Positions 46,701 through 58,800 of a DNA stretch of 64,000 bases are shown piece by piece. The translations under genes were made by a program, and so were the position numbers. The notes below the pieces were generated by a model that saw only the letters and a program-made list of their open reading frames with translations, was not told the DNA's origin and did no database searches. Origin of the DNA: Bilabrum cf. latius (taxonomy: Eukaryota). The stretch is taken from contig OZ237737.1 of NCBI GenBank assembly GCA_965178125.1, forward strand, positions 62,001-126,000, given 5' to 3'. The first letter of the stretch is position 1; every line of letters starts with the position of its first letter.

Positions 46701-49700
46701 TTCCTGCTTGAATACGTCCCCACTCTGCTGGGCGAGAGCTACCTGCTGGTGTCGGTGACTGATGGCTGCACCGTCGTCGAAACCAACGTGACAGTCCGCG
46801 CCATGGCAGGCCTCCCACCGGTTCCACGGGCTGCAAACATGTCTGCTTTAGAATCAGAGAACAACGGTCACTAGTATGTTGGGCATGCCCCGAATGCCGA
46901 CGGTCTGGACGATGACGATAACATCGACGTACTAGTTACGCCATGGCGAACCAATGCAGGGGGCAACGGCCTCCCTCTCAGTGGCCAGCACGCTTTTGAA
47001 ACGGTTAAACTCGGTTCGAATAGTCGCGTTGATCCAGACACGTCGTTCGCTGACATTGATCTTCAATGGACCTTCCTGCGGCAGGCAGCAGGGCCGCTGG
47101 CAAGACCTGGAGCTGTCGCATCGGCCCGCTCTCGGGCTGCACTGGATGCTGCCGAGTCGTTGGCAGCAACCGGAGCAGTCACGCAAGCGTCGAGCAGCCA
47201 TGTTTACTCAACCGATGCCGTGCTGCTAGGCGAACTCGGCCACAGACAGGCAGCACTATCCCCTGATTTGCTATCAATGTCAGCTGGTGCTGCCTTTGAC
47301 GACACCCTCGAGGTTGGTGTCCTCTCAGATTCGGGTATACTGTTTCAGTTCGCAGACCACAACGTCCCAGCTGACGATGAAGACGTAGCTAGCAGCACTG
47401 CACTGGCTCCAAAAGCTCCGGCCACGGGAGAAAAGCGACCTATCTTCACCACCGAGCGGCTCGGCATCTCAATGGTTCGGGTGAATGCAACTGACGGCAT
47501 TGGATACGGGTGGGATGCCGCCGCAGTCGCCGCTATGTGCAACGATGCGCCGGTGCTGAACTTCACGAAACTCCTCACTAGCAGCGACCTTGTGTCTGTG
47601 GTGGACACCTCGACATCGATCATTCCACGCCTTAACTTTACGGTGGAAGCTCTTGACTTCGACACGGACTTCCTGAGTCTGCAGTGGACTCGGGCACTCC
47701 ACGAACCCGAGGGCCTCTACAGCGGCCCTGGGGCGGATGACATCACGCAGATCGGAGGGGATGAGCCGGCGACTGCCCTCTAGCTGCTGCCGCTCAGCTC
47801 TGATGCAAGCAGAGGGGAGGTGTAGCTCGTGGCTGCAGGTACCGAGGGCCAGGCTTCAACAATATCATCGTCTGCTGCCGTCGCTCCCACCAAGCTGGGA
47901 AAATGGACTCTGGAGTTTACAGTCTCAGACGGCTGCACGAACGTGTCAGCGAATGTCACTGCTCGCGTGATCTGCCCTGCAGCCAGCAGTCCCCTCCCTC
48001 CCATGCCGGCAAGCCGAGTCTACACCAAGTACGTGGGTGACTTCCTGCGCGGGGGGCGAGGCATCCATCGTGAGGTGGCGCTTGCATTCCCCATCAATGT
48101 GACCTATGACGAGTTCGGTATTCCCAGCGTCTCAGATGTCCCGGCCTTGCTGTCTTGGACCCTCAAGAGCCGGGAGTGCCCCGAGTCGACCGTTGGATTC
48201 GAGAGCAGTCCGGGACCTTCCGATGGTGCCAAGCCGTTTGGCGTTGATCTGACCAGCAGGCACACCACGTCTGGCGGCCAGTGCCTGCTAAACAGACCGT
48301 CTGCGGTTGGTCGCCTGTCCAGTGCGCTCAACTCTACGCTTAAGATGCCTGGAGTTGGTAGGTACACCGTGGTGCAGAGCGCTTGGGACGGATGCAGGGC
48401 TATAGACAGAGAGGTCACGTTTGAGGTGCGATGCAACCCTACCCCCGTTCCTGCGGTCAACGTAGTGCTTTCGGATCAGGATGGATCTCTATAGACACCG
48501 TAGGTGCAGAACGTCCGTAACGCCCAGTCATCCTCTGTGATTGAAATGGTGGACGACGGGTCCGAGGACGGAGTCGCCACCTATAGCATCACTGTGGCTG
48601 CATCGCAACGGGCTGGCGCAGTAATCATGCCGGAGATCACCATCAACGCGTCCATGTCGTTTGATGCCGCTGATCCGAAGAACGAAACGCAGGTGAGCCT
48701 TGGTCTTGACAGCGACGACTACTCGTACATCCAGCCACTGCGCTACATTTGGCAGGTCGTTGAGCACCCTTCGACTGCACGGGGTGGTTCGTTGGCCCTG
48801 CAGCACCCCAACGCCACGACCAATAGCCTGTTTGCGGCGGAGGTTGCATCTGCTGCCGAAACATACGGGGTCGCTGGGGCGGGTGGCGCAGGGGCCGCAC
48901 TTGAGCTGCTCCGCAGGCTGGGAGGCGGGCCAGAGGCACATCGCGCCGCGGGGCGCATCAACCCCGACGCCGTGACGATGTTCCGACCGGATGCGTACGG
49001 CATGTACAAGATCCGTCTGACCGTCCACGACGGCTGCTCCGAGGCCTCTCTAGACGTCGAGGTGGAAGTCAAGTGTCCGCCAGCCCCGACGGTTTCCGTG
49101 CAGGAATCGACCATCACTGTGACCATGGATTAGGCTAGGACGGGCGCACAGGCAGCGAGAGCAGCCCATGCTGCAGCGGAACGGGCAATTGGGCTGGGAC
49201 AGAGCCGGGACACTGCAATTCGGCAAGCCATTGACCAGCTTCGTTCGGCCGTGATGGCCAGCACCGTGTCGCTACGGGCATCCGCCTCGGTCTCAGGATC
49301 CCTCGCTTCGGATGCACTGGCAGGCAGCAGGCTGTTCTACCAGTGGCAGGTGGTCGATGCGCCTATTTTGGCAGCTACATCCGCACACCTTGCTGATATC
49401 GTGCTTGCAGCGGATCCTGACGCCCCGCCGCCCTCTGCGGCTGACGTGGCAGATGTTGCCAGACACGGGGTGGCCGTCGGCAATCGCTCAAGCAGCACGG
49501 CATTCTTTCTGCCCGTTGTTCCTGGTACGTACCGCTTCCGCGTCTTTGCCTCCTCGGCACCGGGCTAGGACCTGTCTATTCCTATCTCACAGCTGGCCCC
49601 TTCCTAGGCCAGCGTCCAGTGTCCTGCAGGGAGCGCCGAAGTGCAGGTGGTTGCGAGCTGTGGACCACCGCCACAGGCCGTTGCCGGGGCGCGACCCATG

Positions 49701-52700
49701 CGAGTATCTGAGTCTGGCCACCCTGCGTCTATGATTGGTGCCCCCTAGGTTGCGCATGGTGACAGCGCCTCGCGCGCAGTGGAGGTCTCGCACGGATCTG
49801 CAGGGTTCGTTTCACGGTGGGGCAAGTACCCTGGCCTGCTGGGATCCACAGACCCAAGCAGGCTGCTCCCGAGCGAGCGGCGGCATGAGCTTGAGGCAGT
49901 CATGACACCTTTTGAGGCGATTGTTTCGCCTGTCGCGTCGAGGTTCGCTCCAGTGGTGCTGACCCCCAATGGCACCATCGACTCAGAGCTTGCAGCGGTG
50001 GGGGCGGGGGCAGCTGGTCTGTACTACCGATGGAGAGTGACCGCCGCCCCGACTGGATCAAGATTGCTTGCTGACCCATCCGCACTCGTTGCTCTTCCTC
50101 TGCACCAGGACACAGCCGCTGGATCGGCGATTGTTCAGCCAGACATGCAAGGTGCCTATGAATTCACGCTGACCGCATCGGACGCACCAGATGCGGCGGA
50201 CGGCAGAGCCAGCTGCGGTGCCTCGACTGCGACCGTCCGCGTGATCGCAACCTGCAATGCGGGGCCGGTCGCTCGCGTTGTGCAGTCTGTTGTGACGGTG
50301 CCAATGTCTGTAGACTCATTGCTGGGCGTGCGTTCGTTCGACGGTGCGGGCGGCGAGGTGTTGAGCGGGGCGGTGGGCGACTCGCCGGATGGCGCTGGCT
50401 TCCAGGGGACAGGCGCGGGGCTTTCGTCTACAGATGTGGCGTCTGGGGGTGGGTCGTCGTCCTCCGGGGCCTCCCTGGGGCAGGCTACGGCAGACGTGGC
50501 GTCCTAGTTTGGTCGACCTGCTGCTGACGGGGCGGCGCTGTCGACCGCCGTGCCCATTAAGGCTTCGAGGGAGCTCAGAGGGGCCGCAGCTCGGCCCGTC
50601 CTGGCTCAAGTGTCTGCCGACACAGACGACCTTGCGTCATCGAAGGGCGGCATTACCGGTCCAGTTGCCATTCTGAATGCCTCTGCCACTCTGGACACGA
50701 GCGCTACACCTTGGGGCAGGGACGCGCTGTCTTTCACGTGGCAGCTGGTCAGCTCGCCTGCAGGCTCGCAGCGGATTTCCATTGGAGACGCATTCAACCC
50801 TGTGGCCGTTTTCATCCCAGATGTCATTGGCACGTACACCTTCCGCGTGACCGTCTCAGATGGGTGCTCCAACTCGTCTGCGACACTGTCGGTGGAGGCT
50901 GTGTGCGCGGAGCTGCCATCCATTGATGCAGGCGACAACCAAGAGATCATGTGGACAACAGCAGACACCGTTGAGTTAGATGGGCCCGATGGTTCGCCTG
51001 GCACCGTATTGATGGAAGGTCTGCTCAGTGATGACGGCGGGCTTCCCCCGGTGGACAGCAGGAGGGACTATGGCGTTGTGGTTGCTCTGCAGGGCAATGC
51101 GACAGCACCTGGGCAGCACCCTTCCACCGATACTGCTCTTGAGAATGTTGCAGTCCGATGGGAATTCATTAGCGTGCCATACACCGAGAACGGAGACGAC
51201 CCGGTCCCTGCAAGCGTTGGAAGCGACACGAACGCAACTGGGGGTACATTCAGTCGGAGCGCAGGCTCCATGGGCGTCCCTGCCATCCACAACGCGACCA
51301 CGCTGGAGCCATGGTTTGTTGCGCGAAGGACAGGGACCTACAGCATCGCCATGATCGCCACGGACGGGTGCTCCACCGCTCGCGATGTGGTGCACGTACA
51401 CGTACTGTGCGCGGCTCCAGCGACCAACCCAGTCTCGGCTAGCGCTGGGTTGCGCTCCCGCATTGCAGCTGCAACGGGACGGACCGCTGGGGCCTCACCG
51501 GCGCCCACTCCGCCAGTTGAGCTCGAGTCAGCGACTGTGCCTGTTGGTGCGTGGGTAGACCTCGCTGGTGCCTTCGACTTTGCCACGTACTTGGGATCCC
51601 AGAGCCAATCCGCTACCCTGCCTGCCCCATACGGCAACGGGCCGTACACCAACGATTCTGCAGCTAGGAGCGCGCCGACACCTCCGAAGCTGCCGCAGCT
51701 TGCGTTCGAGTGGACGATCACGGAGGAGGCCCCCACGCTGGACACTGGAGGGTCGTACCTCGTGCCCATCACCCGGCGCTATGTGCTCAGCCAGGTGCGT
51801 CTAGTCAACGCAGCCGGTGGCACGCTAAGCCCTGAGGCAGAGGAAACCGCCCGGATCGGCAGTCTGCAGTGGACAGTGACCTCTATGCCTGCTGGTGGCT
51901 CCATTCAGATTGAGGACCCAAATGTGCTGCGCCCCGCGGTGACTGCAACGTTTGCCGGCGAGTACGAACTGAAGGTGGAGGCGTTTGTGGGCTGCACTAG
52001 GCGCTCTGGCACGGCTCGACTGATGGTGCAGTGCTCTTCGAAGCCGAGGGCTGACGCGGGCAATGATGTGCGGGTGGTGCTGGGTCAGACCGCCGTTCTC
52101 AACGGAACTGCGTCAACGGATGAGGAGTCTCTCGACGGCCTGCAGTACTCGTGGAGATTGCTCTCAGTCCCTGCTGTGCAGAAACCTGGCGATGGTGCTG
52201 CAGGCCCGGGGGCCGTGTCCAGGGTGGGACACGCCGCCTCTAGTCAGTTGCCTTCCGAGTCGGCCGTGAGCACGAACAGCATTGGCAATCGGGGCACTAG
52301 CACGGCAACTCTGGTCCCAGACGGACTTGGCACATATGAGTTGCAGGTATCAGTCGACGACGGTTGCTCTGTGGATACCGACACGGTGCGGGTCACGGCG
52401 GTTTGCGCCGATGGGCCCGTACTGGAGACGGGTGCGGTGCGGGGCATCCTCACTGAGGCAGTCGAAGAGAGCTTCTAGGAGCTGGAGGAGGGATCGAACC
52501 AGCTGGTGCAGACCCGCGTGCCCAGCGGTCCGCTGCTGCTGGCAGCCGGCGCGAGCACCGGACAGAACGGTGTGGACCCAGAGGACGGGCTGCCTGACCC
52601 GAGCCCTGGTCCATCTGCTGGCACCGTGTCCACTGCAGCTGGCTAGGCGCTAGAAGTCTCGTTTGGCGTCGCAAATGCAGCCGAAGTCAGCAGCCATCCT

Positions 52701-55337
52701 CACGGTTCACCTCGCGTGTGGCGGTGGCGATGGACGCAGGTGCCAGCGAATTCTCGGCTGGTACAGGATGCGGGCGCACCTGGCGTGGACCAGGCCACTC
52801 CTGCAAACAGGCTGGACGGGTCGTTGGCGCCCATGAACGAGCCTGCTCTTGGCTCTGAAACGGCTGCACTGGGCTCAGAGGGAGTGTTCTCCGAGTCCAT
52901 GACTGCCACAGCCGTGCTGGATGTGGCGGGCGTGTACGTGGCAAGGGTGTCTGCGTCCGACGGCTGCTACGTGAGCGAGGCAGACGCAGTGGTGGTGGTA
53001 GGCGCACAGATGCCAATGCTGTTTGCAGGGACAAACTACCATTTCTCGCTCGCGGGAGGGCTCGGTTACATTCTCTGGAAGACCAAGTACCTCGACCTGC
53101 GGGGGCAGATCGTCGGCACACCGGCCCAGGCTAGGAGCCTCGACGACTTCGGGCTGTCAGTGCAGTGGACCGTGGAGTCCCAGCCGGTCGGCATTGAGCC
53201 CGCCCCACTGGCTGAACTGTTCCCGAATGGCGCCGATGTGCTGTCACCGCGGTTCTTCCCGCTCGCAGCAGGCACCTACGTCCTGAAGATCACAACCACC
53301 GAATCGCCGCAGCTCACTGGGGGCTCTGGTTCAGCGCCGCAGGCTGCGGTTCGGTCTGAGACGGTTCGTGTGTTTGTCGCCTGCGGGCAGTCCCCGCAGG
53401 TCGTAATTGCTGCCGATGACGACGACGGGAGGGTGAGTGCTGGGTCCGTGTCTGCTCCACTGACCTCTGGATTTGGCGACGACGATTTCGATGAGGCAGA
53501 GAGGGGCACGGGGCTTACCTCGGGCGTGTGGGCTCTCGGCGGGACCGTGGGTCTGGATGCCGCCTCGGGAACCACGGACCCTGACTCGCCACCAGCCGCG
53601 CTCTCTTACACCTGGCGGCTCGTTGACAACCCAAGCTTGCCGCGCGTGCGGAGGCCTGGCACCGCCGCCATGGGCTTCTCTCGCGCCGCTGTGCTGCAGC
53701 CGGCACAGCCCACGCAATTGGATTCAAGCAGCGCACTGCAGACTGGTCCATCTCGTGGGCTGGCTAACATGGTGCCGGACGGCATTGGCACCTACGAGGC
53801 CAGGGTCACCGTGTCGGACGGCTGCAGTCAGCCGTCCCAGGGCTCCTTCCGAGTCGAGGTTGTGTGTCCCGCGGGACCGTCTGCGGCGGCAACTGCGGTG
53901 GAGCCGATCCTGCTGCAGCCCGGGGCGGACAGCATGCCCGAGTCTGTGACTTTGCAGGGAATCGCGTCTCTCGGAGTGGCTGACGAGTCTGAAGCGCCCT
54001 CGCAGTTCAGGCGCATCTCCTCTGCGTGGTCTGTTGTGAAAGTCCCGCCGGGTGCGCCCACCCCCGCCCCTCTCCCGGGAGCACCGCCGACCATCGCACG
54101 GGGGTCCCAATCGACCGTGTTCTTTGCGCCGGGGTCAAGCGCGGTGTTTTCTCCCGATCGTGTCGGAACGTACGTGTTCCGGTTCCACGTAACCGACGGG
54201 TGTTCAGTGGCGGAAGATGACTTGATCGTGACGATTGCATACACGGATACGTGCAGCAGCAGCGGGAGCGGCAGCGGGGGCGGGAGCGGCAGCGGGGGCG
54301 GCGGCGGCGGTGGTGGCGGTGGGCAATGCCCGCCTCAGGTGGTGGTTGTGCGAGACAGCAGCGTGGCAGTGGTGGAATTTGACACTCTGCTGGAGGGCAT
54401 GGACTCGGCTGCCTTCTCCTCCTCGCAGGCCCTGCAGCTGGCCTTCAGGGAAATCGTCGCATCGATCGCGGGTGAGGGCCTTCCCGAGGGAGAGCGGTCC
54501 TCCATGTCGGCGAGCAACGTTACCATCGACTCGATCGGTCCTGGATCGCAGGCGGGAGGCGGCGCTCGACGCCTGCAGGCAGACTAGGGCACCGCAGTGC
54601 AGTACTCCGTGGCCCTGGAGGGCACTGCTGCGGATTCTGAAGTTACCGAGACGGTGGCTGGCGCCGTGGAGGCCGGCACGGCGTCTGGGAGCCTGGCAGC
54701 GCGGATCAACGCGGATGCTAGCTTCGTGCAGGCGGGCGTGACGACCACTGGTGCGTCGCTGCAGTCGGCGCCCAAGACCGCAGTGGTCCGAAATGTGGTC
54801 ACCACGACTGAGACTAGCCAAGGCGGTGAGAGCGACGGGTGGACCGACGGTGAGTTTTGGGCCGCGGCTTCCATCTGCATCATTTTGGGTTGCGTGCTGG
54901 TCGCAGGAGTGGCGTTTGTCGTGGTCTCGCGTTGCAGGCAAGACGGCACTAAGGAGGGAGCGGGAGAGGGAGCGATGGGGCACGGCCCGGGGTGGGGCGG
55001 GTCAACCGGTGGGCCTGAGCCTCTCCCCATCGCCAGCACCAGTGGCAGGCATGCACGGGGGCAGTAGGGGACAGGTCCTGACAGCGACAGTGACGCGAAG
55101 AGCAGGCTCACCTTCGAGTCTCCCATTGGGGTGGGGGCTCGATTGAGGCAGCTGGGGAGTGGTGCTTCCTCGCCGTCGACGCAGCAGACGGCGACGCAGC
55201 GGCACGCTCAGCTGCAGTCGAGCATGAGAGGTGCCAGCCGGCAACAAGGGGGCCAAAGCGAGCAGCAGCTCAATCCTCTGCAGCGCGCCAGGTCTGGGGC
55301 TGCCACTGGCAGTGGATTCTCTGGCTAGGTTGCGTGA
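37724..55337 (+). CDS. Giant (~5,800 aa) single-pass surface protein: Fn3-associated-like domain, ~28-30 PKD/KIAA0319-like Ig repeats, an endostatin/DUF1554-like domain and a C-terminal TM. Exons 37724-38459 and 38602-55337
   Basis: A 16.7-kb exon holds 26 of the gene's 27 in-frame TAGs and no TAA or TGA until 55335. Recurring W...GxYxxxxxxxDGC...VxVxC..PxA units; TM FWAAASICIILGCVLVAGVAFVVV near 54855-54930. Start uncertain (37724 or 38069). Confidence 0.8.
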
Positions 55338-55814
55338 TGCCGCGGCGCGGAGCCTGTCCTGCGCTAATTGAACATTAAAAACTTGCTACTTGCTGCTACT
55401 TGGACGTGTTTACCATGCCAATCCCTCATGTGTGATTCAAATTACACGCAATGCAGGCTAAGAAGTCTAGAGTCTACTGGTCAGTGGTCACCACAGAGTC
55501 ACCACATCACCAGAATGCCTAGATCTGCTTCAACCGGAAGAATATATCTCACACAGCAAGCAAGCAAGCAAGAAAATCTTGCTTCTCGAGCAATCATTAT
55601 ACTCGGAATGACCCAAACCCTAATACCTCCCTGTCCCACCAGACCTGTGTCCCACGACCTGCTCCGGCGCCGCGCGCCCGAGAGCGGAGCACAGCTGTCG
55701 CGGAACCCCCCACGAAAAGAAGGAGCATGCAGTATCCGCCATACGTCTTTCTAAGTCGCGTAGTAATCCACTGAAAAAATGCCAGTCATCAGTACTAGTC
55801 AAAGGTGTATACAT

Positions 55815-58800
55815 ATGCTTGCAGCAACTCTCGTAAGCACAATTCTGGTTCTGGTGCTCGATACACGCGCCGATGATTGGTGCTCGATGCACTCTATCAA
55901 GATGCAGAAAGGTATAGCCGCCACACCCGGTTAGTATCCAGTATGTGCCATAGATGCAATTACCAGCGAGGCTGTTTGTATGAGACTGGGGCAGAAAGGA
56001 CTAGCCTATGACGTCGCGCTGCCAGATGAGACTGGGTACGTAGCCATCGCCCTCGGATAGCGAACTGATGCTTGTTTAATTCGCGGGGACTCTCTACAGA
56101 TGGAATGCTATGGCACAACTCCGCCCTCTTCTCCATATTATGGATACATGGTGCCTCCGAGCAGCGTGTCTGGTTGGCTCTCGGTTTCGATGGGCAAAGA
56201 CTACTCGTGTGGAATTGCTGCGAGCGATCGATCCATGCACTGCTTCGGTGATGCTGACGACATCGTGCTAGATACAGATGGTACCGTATCAGCGTGGTCG
56301 TCAGTGTCCCAACGCGACGAGAGCTACGTGACCGGCATAGCCGCATCGCCGGCGGGCTCGTTTCATGCCTGGGCTAGCGATACCTTCAAGTTGCAACAGA
56401 TGCAATCCAGCGAGTTCTACAATGCAATGCAAAGAGTTCAGCGGTGGCAAATAGTCGAGTAGGCTACGGGAATCGGGTGCGGCATTGATGCCGCCAACGG
56501 CTCGCTACACTGTTGGGAACCAAACAATCCGGACGCAGGTAGACTGCTCCGCTGGGAGCAACTCCCGACAAATGTCTCCGGCTGGAGAGACCTGTCGGTT
56601 GCAAGCAGCGTGCTGTGTGCGATAAGCGCGGACGATGGTGCGATGTACTGTACAGGGCGGGTTCTCCCAACCATGCAGAGGGGGGAGCCGTTCATGCCTG
56701 GAACATCCTTTGCAGCTGTCACCATATCAATTGGGAGTTCAACAAGTTGGTGCGGCATCGAGGAGTTAACCGAAGTCGTTCGGTGCTATCGCGCTACCTC
56801 TGAGGGCATTGAACAAGAAACGGTCCTTCCGGGTTTCAGAGCCATACCATACCCGGTGCACTGCATGCCGCCAGCGTTCGACCCCAGCAGTGTCAGGGCA
56901 GATAGCAACGCAACGTACCTCAGTCTGGTGAATGCCACCGATCTTGTTCTTTGGGAGAGGCCGAGTGGATCTGTGCTTGAGGGTTGGACCGACCTGCGCC
57001 GAGTGGATCTGCCGAGCTCCTTGCAGTCTCTGTCGAGCGGCGCGTTCATGGGAGCCCCCAAGCTGGGAGCTATCGACCTGTCGAGGTGCTCGCGTTTGCA
57101 CACACTGCCAAGGCATGCGCTCGGCACGACCGCCAACACGCTCAACCTAACGCTCTTGCCCCACGGTCTGTCGACCATAGAGAGCGAGGCATTCCTGTCT
57201 CCCAACGGGTCGGCCAGCACCGACCTTCGTCCATTCGACTTCCCTCCCAACCTGACTACCATCGAGGAAGGGTCTTTCCGCGGGCTGTGGGAGGCTACGG
57301 TTTTCAACCTTTCGCACACCAGGATACAGGTGCTGCCAACTGGGGCATTCGACGGGCTGTCGTCGGTGAAGACCTTGTCCTTGCCGGATTCCGTGCACAC
57401 GATCGAAGCAGGTGCGTTCAGATAGCTGGGGCAGCTCTCTGTCCTGGACCTGTCAAGCACCAGGGTGGCACGACTCGTCTCCGGTGCGCTCGAAGGGCTT
57501 GCTGCACTAACAGCGATAAAGCTGCCAGCCACTTTGGTATCGATTGAGAAGGATGCGTTTGGGTCCATGCCCCTGGTAACTCGACTAGACCTGCGCGAGA
57601 CGCAGGTGTCCGAGCTGCCCACAGGTGCCCTTGCCGGGCTATCTGGGCTGACTGTGATGCACCTGCCGGTAGGCATTCAGCTTATTCGGTCGCGTTCTCT
57701 TCCGCGCGCGCCAAATATTCGCCAACTTAGGCTAAACCAGACACAGTTGCACGAGCTAGAGCCTAACGCGCTCCACGGATTGGACCAGCTTGTCTCCATC
57801 GACCTTCCTGCCAGTCTGACAACCATACACAGAGCGGCATTCAACGGGACACCGGAGCTCGTATCTCTTGACTTATAGCACATCAACATTACTCGCCTTC
57901 GCGCCGGGGCCTTGACTGGCCTGAACAAGCTTGCGACTCTGTTGGTACCACCGGGCCTGTCCACCATCCAGAGAGGCTCGCTACCCGAGGACAACCGAGC
58001 CCTCACTCAGCTCAACCTCAGCATGACACAGGTCGCGGTACTGGAGGAACGCGTCCTTGAGGGCCTCAAGGAGCTCAGCATACTTGACCTGCCCATGGGT
58101 CTACAGGTTTTGGAGCCCCGCGTGTTCCCCGACCATTCGATGATTGCAAGACTGGACCTGACAAGGACCAACGTGGGCGTGCTGCAGACTGATGCGCTGC
58201 GAGGACTGACGCGTTTGGAGCAAATCAAGCTGGCACCACGCCTCAGTCGCATATAGCCACGGGCGTTTCCGAATGCGTCCGGCCTGTCAGCTCTGGATCT
58301 AAGCCAGACCAACCTGTCAGTCCTGCAAGCCAGTGCTCTCCAAGGCCTAGATTCGCTTGCGCAGGTGGACTTGCCTGCCTCGCTAAACACCATCCAAGCC
58401 AACGCATTCCACATGCCGTCCAACTCAATTACTTCGCTGGATCTCTCATCGACCGCTATCACAGAGCTCGGCAGCGGGGCGCTGGACGGGCTGTCAGGCA
58501 TGACGAGCCTGACGATGCCCTCCTCGCTCAGGCACCTGCGACGAGGAGCACTGAGAGGATGCACCGATGGCGGTTTCATTGCTCTGGACTTGTCCGGTAC
58601 CCAGCTGCAGACCCTTGAAGAAGGATCGACGGTCGGGGCGCAGCATTTGGAAACCATTCTGGTGCCACCGTCGCTGCACGAGATCCAAGCAGGTGCGTTG
58701 GCAGGGTCACCGAGTCTGTAGACAATCAGTGGACTCCAGGATTCTGGGCTGGAGGTGCTCGTCACGGATGCACTGGCCGGTCTGCATAGCTTGCAGCAGC

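Noticed and set aside
55368-55754. 128-aa ORF between the two surface-protein genes
   Set aside because: It has a TTG start, no recognisable motifs, an AT-richer composition and contains a microsatellite, so it is probably intergenic.
58254-58256. TAG aligned with GAG in the duplicated block, suggesting TAG = Glu
   Set aside because: It lies at the diverged edge of the duplication, equivalent LRR positions also use Gln (HIQPGSL, TIQANAF), and more contexts favour Gln. Kept as a minority alternative.
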